Of a stretch of 29,540 bases of DNA, positions 1 through 7,723 are shown piece by piece. The notes under the pieces are model-generated. The model had not been told where the DNA came from. It did no database searches and was given only the letters and a program-made list of their open reading frames with translations. The DNA lies in IMG/VR virus record IMGVR_UViG_3300044300_001206, positions 1-29,540 of that record, one strand, 5' to 3'. The number at the start of each line of letters is the position of its first letter. Position 1 is the stretch's first letter. Source of the DNA: a virus (taxonomy: Duplodnaviria > Caudoviricetes). The position numbers were made by a program, and so were the translations under genes.

Positions 1-198
1 GAAAGTCTTACCGCCTTGGATATAGTATGCAAGATCGTTAAGTTTGTTTTCATAACCTACGTGTAGGTCTGTAGCTCTAGACTTATAATCTGAACCTGTG
101 TACTTAGCTTTGGTTTCTACGTTGACATATGGTCCAGCAAAAGCAGAAGGAACTGCAAGAGTACTTACTGCGGCTACGCTAAGAAATGATTTAATCAT
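1..198 (-). CDS. Cyanophage outer-membrane-protein-like beta-barrel protein (5' part; runs off the window)
   Basis: Not in the ORF track. Hand translation MIKSFLSVAAVSTLAVPSAFAGPYVNVETKAKYTGSDYKSRATDLHVGYENKLNDLAYYIQGGKTF shows a signal peptide ending AFA, then GPYVNVE...TGSDY...TDLHVGYE...YIQGG, a pattern I recognise from cyanophage/picocyanobacterial OMP-like proteins. Confidence 0.75.
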   Translation of the reverse strand, partial: MIKSFLSVAAVSTLAVPSAFAGPYVNVETKAKYTGSDYKSRATDLHVGYENKLNDLAYYIQGGKTF

Positions 199-221
199 TT
201 TAAATACTTATTATTCTTTTG

Positions 222-230
222 AATCTAGCA
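222..230 (-). promoter_or_regulatory. Extended -10 promoter candidate (TGCTAGATT)
   Basis: TGnTAnnnT 23 nt upstream of the ATG at 198; the same pattern recurs before other genes. Confidence 0.45.
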
Positions 231-268
231 TTAAACAAATAGATATAAGTACCTAATCAGACAGTTAT

Positions 269-358
269 TTAATCATCATCTTTTAAAGCTTGTATAACTA
301 AAACAATTAAAAAAGCAGTTAGATATGTCCACGCAAAAGTATATGCAAACTCACTCAT
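269..358 (-). CDS. 29-aa single-transmembrane microprotein
   Basis: Not in the track. MSEFAYTFAWTYLTAFLIVLVIQALKDDD; its ATG overlaps the upstream TGA (ATGA coupling); hydrophobic core and acidic tail. Confidence 0.6.
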   Translation of the reverse strand: MSEFAYTFAWTYLTAFLIVLVIQALKDDD

Positions 359-561
359 TGTCCTACAAGACTAGGAATAATATTTACATCTAACCCAAGA
401 AATGGAGGTATTCTCCCAAGGATTCTGAATAAACCATCAACAAAAGCAGCTAAGCAAAAGAAGCCAAGAATGGCACTAATAAGTGTTGCAGTTTTATTAT
501 GCTTGTCCATTGCAATTTCAATAGACCTATCAATCATGTTTTTAACGTCTTCTTTATTCAT
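355..561 (-). CDS. Small membrane protein of a type seen in marine cyanophages
   Basis: 68 aa; MID..I..H(N)..A..IS...G followed by a TM helix and GxIPP, resembling recalled cyanomyovirus hypothetical proteins. Confidence 0.7.
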   Translation of the reverse strand: MNKEDVKNMIDRSIEIAMDKHNKTATLISAILGFFCLAAFVDGLFRILGRIPPFLGLDVNIIPSLVGQ

Positions 562-602
562 TTTTTAATCTGTATTTATATTTATTGTATTAAAAGATTA
601 CC

Positions 603-630
603 AAAAAAAAAGCCTCCCGTTAAGAGAGGC
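603..630 (-). terminator. Rho-independent terminator after psbA
   Basis: Minus strand GCCTCTC-TTAAC-GGGAGGC followed by a T9 run, about 20 nt after the psbA stop. Confidence 0.85.
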
Positions 631-651
631 ATATCAAATTGTATAAGATAT

Positions 652-1737
652 TTAACCTACAGCTGGAGCTAGAAGAGCTACAGAAGTAGACTCAGCAGCT
701 GCTAGGTCAAGTGGGAAGTTGTGAGCATTACGCTCATGCATTACTTCCATACCAAGGTTTGCACGGTTGAGTACATCACCCCAAGTAGGGACAACCTTTC
801 CTGATGAATCAACAACAGACTGGTTAAAGTTAAAACCATTCAAGTTGAAGGCCATGGTGCATATACCCATTGAGGTAAGCCATACGCAGATAACAGGCCA
901 AGAAGCAAGAAAGAAATGAAGACTACGAGAGTTGTTAAAGGAGGCGTATTGGAAGATAAGACGTCCGAAGTAGCCATGGGCTGCGACGATGTTGTACGTC
1001 TCTTCTTCTTGTCCGAATTTGTATCCATAGTTCTGTGAATCTAATCCTGTTGTTTCACGAATAAGTGAAGATGTAACAAGTGACCCATGCATAGCACTAA
1101 ACAAAGCGCCGCCAAACATACCCGCCACACCTGCCATGTGGAATGGATGCATGAGGATATTATGTTCCGCCTGAAAGACAAACATAAAGTTGAACGTGCC
1201 TGAAATGCCGAGAGGCATACCGTCACTGAATGATCCTTGTCCGAAAGGATAGACCAAGAAGACAGCAAAAGCGGCTGAGACTGGTGCGGAGTAAGCAACA
1301 CAGATCCAAGGGCGCATCCCTAGTCGATAACTAAGTTCCCATTGGCGTCCCATGTAAGCTGAGATACCGATAAGGAAGTGAAAGATAACGAGTTGATATG
1401 GTCCTCCGTTGTATAGCCATTCATCAAGACTTGCTGCTTCCCAGATTGGGTAGAAGTGGAGTCCGATAGCATTGGAACTTGGGACGACTGCTCCTGAAAT
1501 GATGTTGTTTCCATACAGGAATGATCCTGCAACTGGTTCTCTGATTCCATCAATATCAACAGGAGGTGCTGCGATAAACGCAATAATAAAACAAGTGGTT
1601 GCTGCTAGTAAGCAAGGGATCATAAGTACTCCAAACCAACCGACATAAACACGGTTATTTGTAGACGTAACCCACTCACAAAACTCAGGCCAACCTGCCA
1701 GAGAACTTCGTTCCCTAGCTTCTATAGCGGTTGCCAT
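652..1737 (-). CDS. psbA: Photosystem II reaction-centre protein D1 (phage-encoded)
   Basis: Full-length uninterrupted D1: [61 protein letters not shown]. Confidence 0.99.
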   Translation of the reverse strand: MATAIEARERSSLAGWPEFCEWVTSTNNRVYVGWFGVLMIPCLLAATTCFIIAFIAAPPVDIDGIREPVAGSFLYGNNIISGAVVPSSNAIGLHFYPIWEAASLDEWLYNGGPYQLVIFHFLIGISAYMGRQWELSYRLGMRPWICVAYSAPVSAAFAVFLVYPFGQGSFSDGMPLGISGTFNFMFVFQAEHNILMHPFHMAGVAGMFGGALFSAMHGSLVTSSLIRETTGLDSQNYGYKFGQEEETYNIVAAHGYFGRLIFQYASFNNSRSLHFFLASWPVICVWLTSMGICTMAFNLNGFNFNQSVVDSSGKVVPTWGDVLNRANLGMEVMHERNAHNFPLDLAAAESTSVALLAPAVG

Positions 1738-1765
1738 AATTTACTAAGTATAAGTGCGGAATGTC

Positions 1766-1797
1766 AGCCTTTCCTCAAAAGGCTTAATATAAGTATA
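1766..1797 (-). promoter_or_regulatory. psbA -10 box (TATACT, 1792-1797) and 5'-leader hairpin (1766-1784)
   Basis: Minus strand TATACT followed 7 nt later by AGCCTTT-TGAGG-AAAGGCT. Confidence 0.5.
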
Positions 1798-1805
1798 CAG
1801 ACTAT

Positions 1806-2036
1806 TTACTCGGCAGGGTCTACACCACTTGCAAAAGCTCCCCAAGCTAATCCAATGGCTTCAATAGTGGAAGTTTCACCTGCTTGGTATGGAAGATGAA
1901 CAACGTCTCCAGCATGATATGTAGCTGGATTTCCTTCTACTTGAATATCGCTATCACCAAATTTTCTTTTTTTACGTTGCTCACTTGAATAGATAAAATT
2001 CGAGTCAACAACATCACCAAATTTAGGATTAGTCAT
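1806..2036 (-). CDS. Hypothetical protein (possibly virion-associated)
   Basis: 76 aa, ATGA-coupled to the upstream gene. Confidence 0.7.
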   Translation of the reverse strand: MTNPKFGDVVDSNFIYSSEQRKKRKFGDSDIQVEGNPATYHAGDVVHLPYQAGETSTIEAIGLAWGAFASGVDPAE

Positions 2037-3574
2037 AAAGCAGGAGCACCTCCTTGAGATGGTGTATAAGCTTTTCCAGTCTTATCATACATAGTAAAAT
2101 TCTGTAACAAAACAAAATTACTAGGTATATTAAATAGTTTTTGCATCATGGTTACCATCATTGGAGATTGACAGTTAAAAGGAGGTATATCCATATAAGA
2201 CAAGCCAGTAGCTAATAATTTTTCAACAGCTTCATTTTGATCCTTTTCTGTCTTAGCAACTAACTTCTGCTCCCAATCAACCATGCTTCCTACACCTACA
2301 GGGAAATCAGAAGGTTCTGCAGGAAATAATCCCTCTTCAAATTTCATAGAGTAGATATGTTTACAATATCGAAACTCATCCAAAACTGGTTCCCAAAAGT
2401 CAGTTAAAGATGTAATTACATTATCTTTTGCTGTGTAGTCTTCGTATGAAGGTATACCATCTGATTTAGCTCCAGGTAGAGAAGGGTCTGACCCACTTCT
2501 TATATAGACAGAACCAAAGTCACTATATACACCTGGATTGTCTCTAGTTGATCCTGGAACGGTTTGAGTCGTAGGAGCAACAGAAGGAGGAACATTAAAG
2601 TCAGCAGAAGGTGAAATAATTTCCATCTTTCTATTAACTACTGCACTTGTCATTGCTTGGTTAGAAACTTTTTCACCAATCTTTAAAACTTCATATCTTC
2701 CAGGTTTTAAGGATGCAACTCTAGTTAAAGGAAATTTTTTACCTTTTGTTTGGCCTAAAGAAGATATGTAAGCATAATCCCTCCTTGTATAGTCCTGACA
2801 GCTGCAGTAATACCTCGTACCTGTCATAAAGTATCTACCAACATTTGGTGGCCTTGTAGCAGGAGTAACAAGGACTCTATCAGGTGTAGCTTCTACTGAG
2901 CCTCTTTTTCTAAGCTTAATTACTCCAGTATTTTGATTTACATCAGCTACAACAGCTTGTACAAATCCATATCGTTTTTGAGTATTAGGATCAATACTAT
3001 CTCTAGTTATAGGAACACCTTCTGGAGCAATTATTCTATCTTCAATAACTTCTCCATTGGTAGGCTTGATGCCATCAGTACCTGCAATAGGTATAAAGAG
3101 TGGAGCAGGAAGAGTATTAGTAGAACTCCAAGTACCTGCTAATTGAACATACCAAAATTCTTTATCTTCTGTTACTGAAGCTATAGAAGCACGTACGTTA
3201 CTAGCATCTAAAACATTATCAAAACGAAGACTTCCTGCAACACGTACACCTGCCCAATGACAACTTAATTCTTTATTTTTAGTAGGAAAGCCTCTAAAGA
3301 CACCAGGTATTGCTGGTTGGTTACCTGATGCAGGTGAAGCACCAGCTGGTAAAGGAATTTTATAAGTAAATGGATAATCTATTGTGTTATGAGCTAAAGA
3401 AGCAGTAGCTATTTCAAAACCACGCCTCCAACGTGACCAAGATGATTCTCTATTGATTGTATAAATTGAATCAGGCTCACTTCCACCGAACTCAGATTTA
3501 ATAGGTTCTATAGCAAACTTTTGTTTTTTTGGAGGTTTGCTAAACGCACTAAATGATCCAAAGGTTTTTGCCAT
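2033..3574 (-). CDS. 513-aa protein with split SWIM-like zinc finger; possible tail/virion protein
   Basis: YYCSCQD (2798-2806) ... RYCKHIY (2357-2365) matches CxC-xn-CxH with n=144; lies at the end of the structural operon. Confidence 0.55.
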   Translation of the reverse strand: MAKTFGSFSAFSKPPKKQKFAIEPIKSEFGGSEPDSIYTINRESSWSRWRRGFEIATASLAHNTIDYPFTYKIPLPAGASPASGNQPAIPGVFRGFPTKNKELSCHWAGVRVAGSLRFDNVLDASNVRASIASVTEDKEFWYVQLAGTWSSTNTLPAPLFIPIAGTDGIKPTNGEVIEDRIIAPEGVPITRDSIDPNTQKRYGFVQAVVADVNQNTGVIKLRKRGSVEATPDRVLVTPATRPPNVGRYFMTGTRYYCSCQDYTRRDYAYISSLGQTKGKKFPLTRVASLKPGRYEVLKIGEKVSNQAMTSAVVNRKMEIISPSADFNVPPSVAPTTQTVPGSTRDNPGVYSDFGSVYIRSGSDPSLPGAKSDGIPSYEDYTAKDNVITSLTDFWEPVLDEFRYCKHIYSMKFEEGLFPAEPSDFPVGVGSMVDWEQKLVAKTEKDQNEAVEKLLATGLSYMDIPPFNCQSPMMVTMMQKLFNIPSNFVLLQNFTMYDKTGKAYTPSQGGAPAL

Positions 3575-3585
3575 GTCTATTTGGC

Positions 3586-4374
3586 TTAGAAGAATCCACC
3601 TTGTGCAATTATATGAGCACCTTTTGCATATCCAGCAGTATTAGGACCTTCTGCATAAACACCTACATAAATACGATCACCACGCTCTAGATAAATTCCT
3701 TTATTACGTAAAGGAGAAGCATTTCCTAATCCTGTTGTATTACCTGCACTAACTGTTGGTACTGCAACTTGTGGCATTAAATCTGAACAATCTATAGTTC
3801 CACTTTCAGCAGGAACAGTTTTAGCAAATAAAACTTTATAATCACCAGATGCAGGAATAGGAGTTGTAGTTCCACGAGTCTGATAAAAAACAAATGTTAC
3901 CTCTGGTTGTTTGCCATGAACTAAACCAAGGTCTGTATAGCCAGTTGTTGTAGCTGTATTAGTAAAATCAAAAGCACTAATTAAACCTGTTACAGGAGTT
4001 GATCCAATAAATTTGTAATATTTATTACCTGCATTTTTAACAGCTGTAACTGCAGATTGCTGAGAATCTTTAGCATAAATAATTTGTCCACTAATAAAAG
4101 ATGAAGCTGTTCCTGATGTTGTGGAATCTAATACGTAATCATTACCTCTATGTTTATCATCTCTTGTGATTTGTATTGAATCTACAATTCCACCATTATT
4201 ATTATCATCAGAAGTAGCAGCATCCATATCTACTAATAAAGCTGGTGCTTGTCCACCTTGTACAAATAAAGTATTTGTAGATTCTTGTCCAACTGTTTGA
4301 GTAGTAACTCTTACTGTATCGGATAACGGACGGTCAACCAAAAGTGGTTGTTTATTAGTTGAGGTTGAAGACAC
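3586..4374 (-). CDS. Putative tail/appendage structural protein
   Basis: 262 aa, GTG start, T/G/S-rich beta-type composition, C-terminal GIYLERGDRIYVGV; downstream of the head genes. Confidence 0.45.
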   Translation of the reverse strand: MSSTSTNKQPLLVDRPLSDTVRVTTQTVGQESTNTLFVQGGQAPALLVDMDAATSDDNNNGGIVDSIQITRDDKHRGNDYVLDSTTSGTASSFISGQIIYAKDSQQSAVTAVKNAGNKYYKFIGSTPVTGLISAFDFTNTATTTGYTDLGLVHGKQPEVTFVFYQTRGTTTPIPASGDYKVLFAKTVPAESGTIDCSDLMPQVAVPTVSAGNTTGLGNASPLRNKGIYLERGDRIYVGVYAEGPNTAGYAKGAHIIAQGGFF

Positions 4375-4416
4375 TTTTAATTACATCACTTATTTACTTA
4401 TTATATAACGTTGTTT

Positions 4417-4710
4417 TTATCCCATCTTCATAGCTTGTAAAAACCCAGTTGGTAACTCCATTAATTTAGTACCGATTAGTGCATTAGGATTCTTACTTAA
4501 GTTTAAAAATGTTTGGAAAGATTGTGATTGATCGGGAGATTTTTCAATAGGAAAATCCCACATTTGATTTACTCTATAATCAATCATTTCTTGTGGAGTA
4601 CGTTGATAAGAATTAAATGTACTTCCATATACTTCTCCAGGTAGATAATCAGAATCTTGTCCTGCATACTGAGCATATTTAAAAGTTGGTCTTCTTTTCT
4701 TATATGCCAT
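4417..4710 (-). CDS. Hypothetical protein
   Basis: 97 aa, TAATG-coupled to the upstream gene. Confidence 0.7.
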   Translation of the reverse strand: MAYKKRRPTFKYAQYAGQDSDYLPGEVYGSTFNSYQRTPQEMIDYRVNQMWDFPIEKSPDQSQSFQTFLNLSKNPNALIGTKLMELPTGFLQAMKMG

Positions 4711-5918
4711 TAAAGATATTCTCCGTGAGTAAAGTTACGTCCTTGATCTTTTCTCCAACGCTGATTATTTAAATGAGTTTCCCATAATTGTTCAGGACTG
4801 AAAGCACCTGACTGTTGTGCTGGACTATTAGCAGTATCTGCTATCCATTTTGCTTTAGCTTGTTCTACTAAAGATTGTGCAGCATCTTCAGAAGGTACTG
4901 TTGATGGTACAGCAGATTCAACTACTACTGGTGCAGGATTAACTAAACCTGTATTAATAGTAAAACTAGGAGAAGTGAAGCTAGGAGGAGTTCTAGGACC
5001 TGGATCTCCTGTAACTCTATCTAATACTGGTGCTGGTGCTAATTGTGTAAATTCAGTAGTTTCTTGAGAAGCTTGTGGTCCTTGATAAAAACTTTGATTT
5101 AATGGATCAGCTTCATTTTGAGAAATTAAATTTCTTAGTTTTATTTTCTCTTGTAATTGATCCATAGTTAAATCACTTTCAGGAAGTTCACTAAGAGATT
5201 TTTCGGCTGCAGCTGTATTTTCATTTAAAAAATTTCTATAGTCTGCAAACTCATCTTTAGGTCCTGCTGGACGTTGATCTAATAAAGCAAGAGCTGTAGC
5301 TGCTGCACCTGCTTTTAATGTCACAGGATTAGTAAGCATTTGTGCTCCTTTTACAACCTCTCCAGGAGTTGCATAAATATGTGGTACTCCAGTTAATTGT
5401 TCTATCCCCTGTGCTGTTAAACCTCTTTTCGCAAGTCCCCAAGTTGGATTAAGAATGTTACGAGGGGTAAAATTAATGCCAGATTTGAATACACCTAAGT
5501 TTCTTACATCTCCTACCTTACCTTTTAAGAAATCTGCAGCTCCTTTAATATTTTTCTTAATACCATATCTCTGCATCTCACCACCTATATTGATAGGCTT
5601 ATCTAAAAATTCTTTAACTCCCCCTAATCGAAATTTAGTTTTATCTAGAATATTTGGTCCTTTGATATTTAAATCAAGATCTAAGGGACTTAGACCTAAT
5701 CGATTCTTAGCTTGGTTAATAAGATTATTGACTGTACTATTACCACCACTGGTTTTAAGAATATTATCTAAAGTTGATTTAGCTGTTTTAGGTATTTCAG
5801 GAGCTACTCTATTAATGAAACCTCTTGACTGATTTACATAGTTTTGTAGCCAATCAGGACCATATGCCATACCTCCAGAACTTAATAAACTTTGGATATA
5901 TTTTTCAGGAACAGACAT
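4710..5918 (-). CDS. Hypothetical protein, possible internal virion protein
   Basis: Long ORF; start moved to the ATG at 5918 (MSVPEKY), which forms a TAATG overlap with the upstream stop. Confidence 0.7.
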   Translation of the reverse strand: MSVPEKYIQSLLSSGGMAYGPDWLQNYVNQSRGFINRVAPEIPKTAKSTLDNILKTSGGNSTVNNLINQAKNRLGLSPLDLDLNIKGPNILDKTKFRLGGVKEFLDKPINIGGEMQRYGIKKNIKGAADFLKGKVGDVRNLGVFKSGINFTPRNILNPTWGLAKRGLTAQGIEQLTGVPHIYATPGEVVKGAQMLTNPVTLKAGAAATALALLDQRPAGPKDEFADYRNFLNENTAAAEKSLSELPESDLTMDQLQEKIKLRNLISQNEADPLNQSFYQGPQASQETTEFTQLAPAPVLDRVTGDPGPRTPPSFTSPSFTINTGLVNPAPVVVESAVPSTVPSEDAAQSLVEQAKAKWIADTANSPAQQSGAFSPEQLWETHLNNQRWRKDQGRNFTHGEYL

Positions 5919-6379
5919 TATCTCCAACTCTCCGCTAAATACTGACGAGAACCGACAGCAGTGTCGGCAGGACCAGGTAAAGCTTGTATAAACTCAGCTC
6001 CTGATCTTTCATATCTATACCTAGCCTGTAAAGGATCTTTGTAGTTAGGTACGTAAAGAATCGCAGCTAAGCGATTCGTTTCATAAAGATATATCTCATC
6101 CCAAATCTTTAAAGCTTCTTTTGCGTTACTGGATTTAATTGTTCTATCAACGTCTCCAGCAATTGTTTCTAATCTTGTAGATGGAGTTGAGGCTACTTCG
6201 GTTTTCTTCTCTGCAGTATCACATCTACCTATTTGAAGAGCAATCTTGTCATAGAAATATGAATCAGGAATAGTATTCATTGCTTCTTCCAGCCGTGCAT
6301 AATCACCTGCTGGTACTGAAACAGTGAAGTATCCTAAATGATACCTGACCCTGCTTTTATCAAAGTCGGATAACTGCAC
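5918..6379 (-). CDS. Putative head-tail adaptor
   Basis: 153 aa helical protein starting LSDFDKSRVRYHLGY; size and position after capsid genes fit an adaptor. Function inferred from synteny. Confidence 0.45.
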   Translation of the reverse strand: MQLSDFDKSRVRYHLGYFTVSVPAGDYARLEEAMNTIPDSYFYDKIALQIGRCDTAEKKTEVASTPSTRLETIAGDVDRTIKSSNAKEALKIWDEIYLYETNRLAAILYVPNYKDPLQARYRYERSGAEFIQALPGPADTAVGSRQYLAESWR

Positions 6380-6403
6380 AACAAAAAAACCTGCGTATTT
6401 TAA

Positions 6404-6814
6404 TTATACTCTGATTAAATTAGCAGCTAAAACAGAATCCCAATCAACCCTCTTTATCTGTTTTAATTGGTCCAAATTTGCAAATCTCTCACCCGATAAA
6501 GACATTTGTAAATCTTTAATTTCTCTTGCCGTCTTAATTCCTATTCCTTTTATATGATCTGCAATCATCTGAGGAGTAGCTCCATTGATATTTAATCTCA
6601 TATCAGGAGGGAAATCACGGGGTTCTTCTTTAGCTGCTTTGTCTTTAACCTGTAAAGTTTTTACCTTTTTAGTAGCTTGTTTATCAGCTTCAAGTTCATG
6701 TTTGTAAGCGGTATATAATTTACCGTCTTGGTCTTCAACCATAAACCAGTCACCATTATCAAATTCACTGATGAGCTTGACACGGGCTCCTGTTTTTTTG
6801 TGCTGATAAAGCAT
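6404..6814 (-). CDS. ComEA-like helix-hairpin-helix DNA-binding protein
   Basis: RLNINGATPQMIADHIKGIGIKTAREI...RFANLDQLKQIKRV matches the ComEA pattern (ININTA...GIG..A..I...F..LEDL..VKG); small beta-rich N-terminal domain. Confidence 0.8.
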   Translation of the reverse strand: MLYQHKKTGARVKLISEFDNGDWFMVEDQDGKLYTAYKHELEADKQATKKVKTLQVKDKAAKEEPRDFPPDMRLNINGATPQMIADHIKGIGIKTAREIKDLQMSLSGERFANLDQLKQIKRVDWDSVLAANLIRV

Positions 6815-6845
6815 AACTAGGACTAGAGAATATCTAATCCTAGCT
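6815..6845 (-). promoter_or_regulatory. 13-bp RNA hairpin abutting the start codon of the HhH gene
   Basis: Minus strand AGCTAGGATTAGA-TATTC-TCTAGTCCTAGTT-ATG (two G-U pairs). Confidence 0.6.
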
Positions 6846-6855
6846 TACCTTGTAA

Positions 6856-7686
6856 TTAGCTAACTGTCCTAGCAGATAGGTACTGCTCGATGTCCTCGTA
6901 TCCAGGAGCATCATCAGGCTGTAAGTAGCATGTTTCAACTACGATATAACCTTTTCTACCAGCATCAGCATCAGCATCAGAGATGTATAAACCATCAGCA
7001 GCACTGGAAGCGGAAGTAGCATTAGCAGTTGCTTTTACATACACTTTAAATGTAGTAGCAGCTTGGATTACCTTATAAGGAGTATTAGGGTTATCGGAAC
7101 CACCTGCGTTCACACCACTTGCTGTTACGAGTGGATTGTAGCTGTAACCAGCAACACCACCAGCATAGTAAACAGAGTTAGCAGCACCACCAGCAGCAGG
7201 ACCATCTACTGTAGATGTGATGTTTGCTTGTGCAGGACCTTCGCCAAGACCAGAAGCAGCAACTGGGTTACCACCATTGTCTCTACCGAAAGAAATTAAG
7301 TTTCCTGTATCTGTATAAACACCAGATGCAACTCTTCCATCACCCCAACCAGATGCTACAGAAACTGTAGAACGGTAGATGTAAGAAGACTGAGTAGCAT
7401 TTCCAGAAACTACCATTCCAGTAATATCTGTACGAGTGTCGTCATTCCTATAAGGAGAAGGAACGATTACATCAGCACTAGTGAATGCAGAAGCTGCTTT
7501 TCCTGTAACTTCAACATAACCACGTTGTTGGAAATACTTCCAACCTGGTACAGCTAATACGGCAGTAGGACCACCTTTAGTTGCATCATTTGTGGAATCA
7601 TCGTTGGTATCAATATTTTTGTACCAACCGTTAAGAGGCTCTGCCCAGTTCCCTGGATAGATTTTCTTAGAAGACAAATAGGCCAT
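6856..7686 (-). CDS. Putative capsid decoration/minor structural protein
   Basis: 276 aa, A/G/S/T-rich, RBS GGAG, immediately downstream of the major capsid gene. Confidence 0.5.
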   Translation of the reverse strand: MAYLSSKKIYPGNWAEPLNGWYKNIDTNDDSTNDATKGGPTAVLAVPGWKYFQQRGYVEVTGKAASAFTSADVIVPSPYRNDDTRTDITGMVVSGNATQSSYIYRSTVSVASGWGDGRVASGVYTDTGNLISFGRDNGGNPVAASGLGEGPAQANITSTVDGPAAGGAANSVYYAGGVAGYSYNPLVTASGVNAGGSDNPNTPYKVIQAATTFKVYVKATANATSASSAADGLYISDADADAGRKGYIVVETCYLQPDDAPGYEDIEQYLSARTVS

Positions 7687-7723
7687 TTATTTCTCCAATT
7701 GTATTTTTACTAAATGTTATTTA

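Noticed and set aside
269-561. hli (high-light-inducible) gene call for the small membrane ORFs
   Set aside because: Neither has the ExxNGRxAM motif.
840-1583. Three alternate-frame ORFs inside psbA
   Set aside because: Shadow frames of a conserved gene with no RBS or protein-like features.
652-1737. Possible intron or homing endonuclease in psbA
   Set aside because: The D1 ORF is continuous and of normal length, and no endonuclease ORF is adjacent.
6404-6814. PsbU (also HhH-like) as a photosynthesis auxiliary gene
   Set aside because: There is no signal peptide, and the GIG hairpin pattern fits ComEA-type DNA-binding HhH better.
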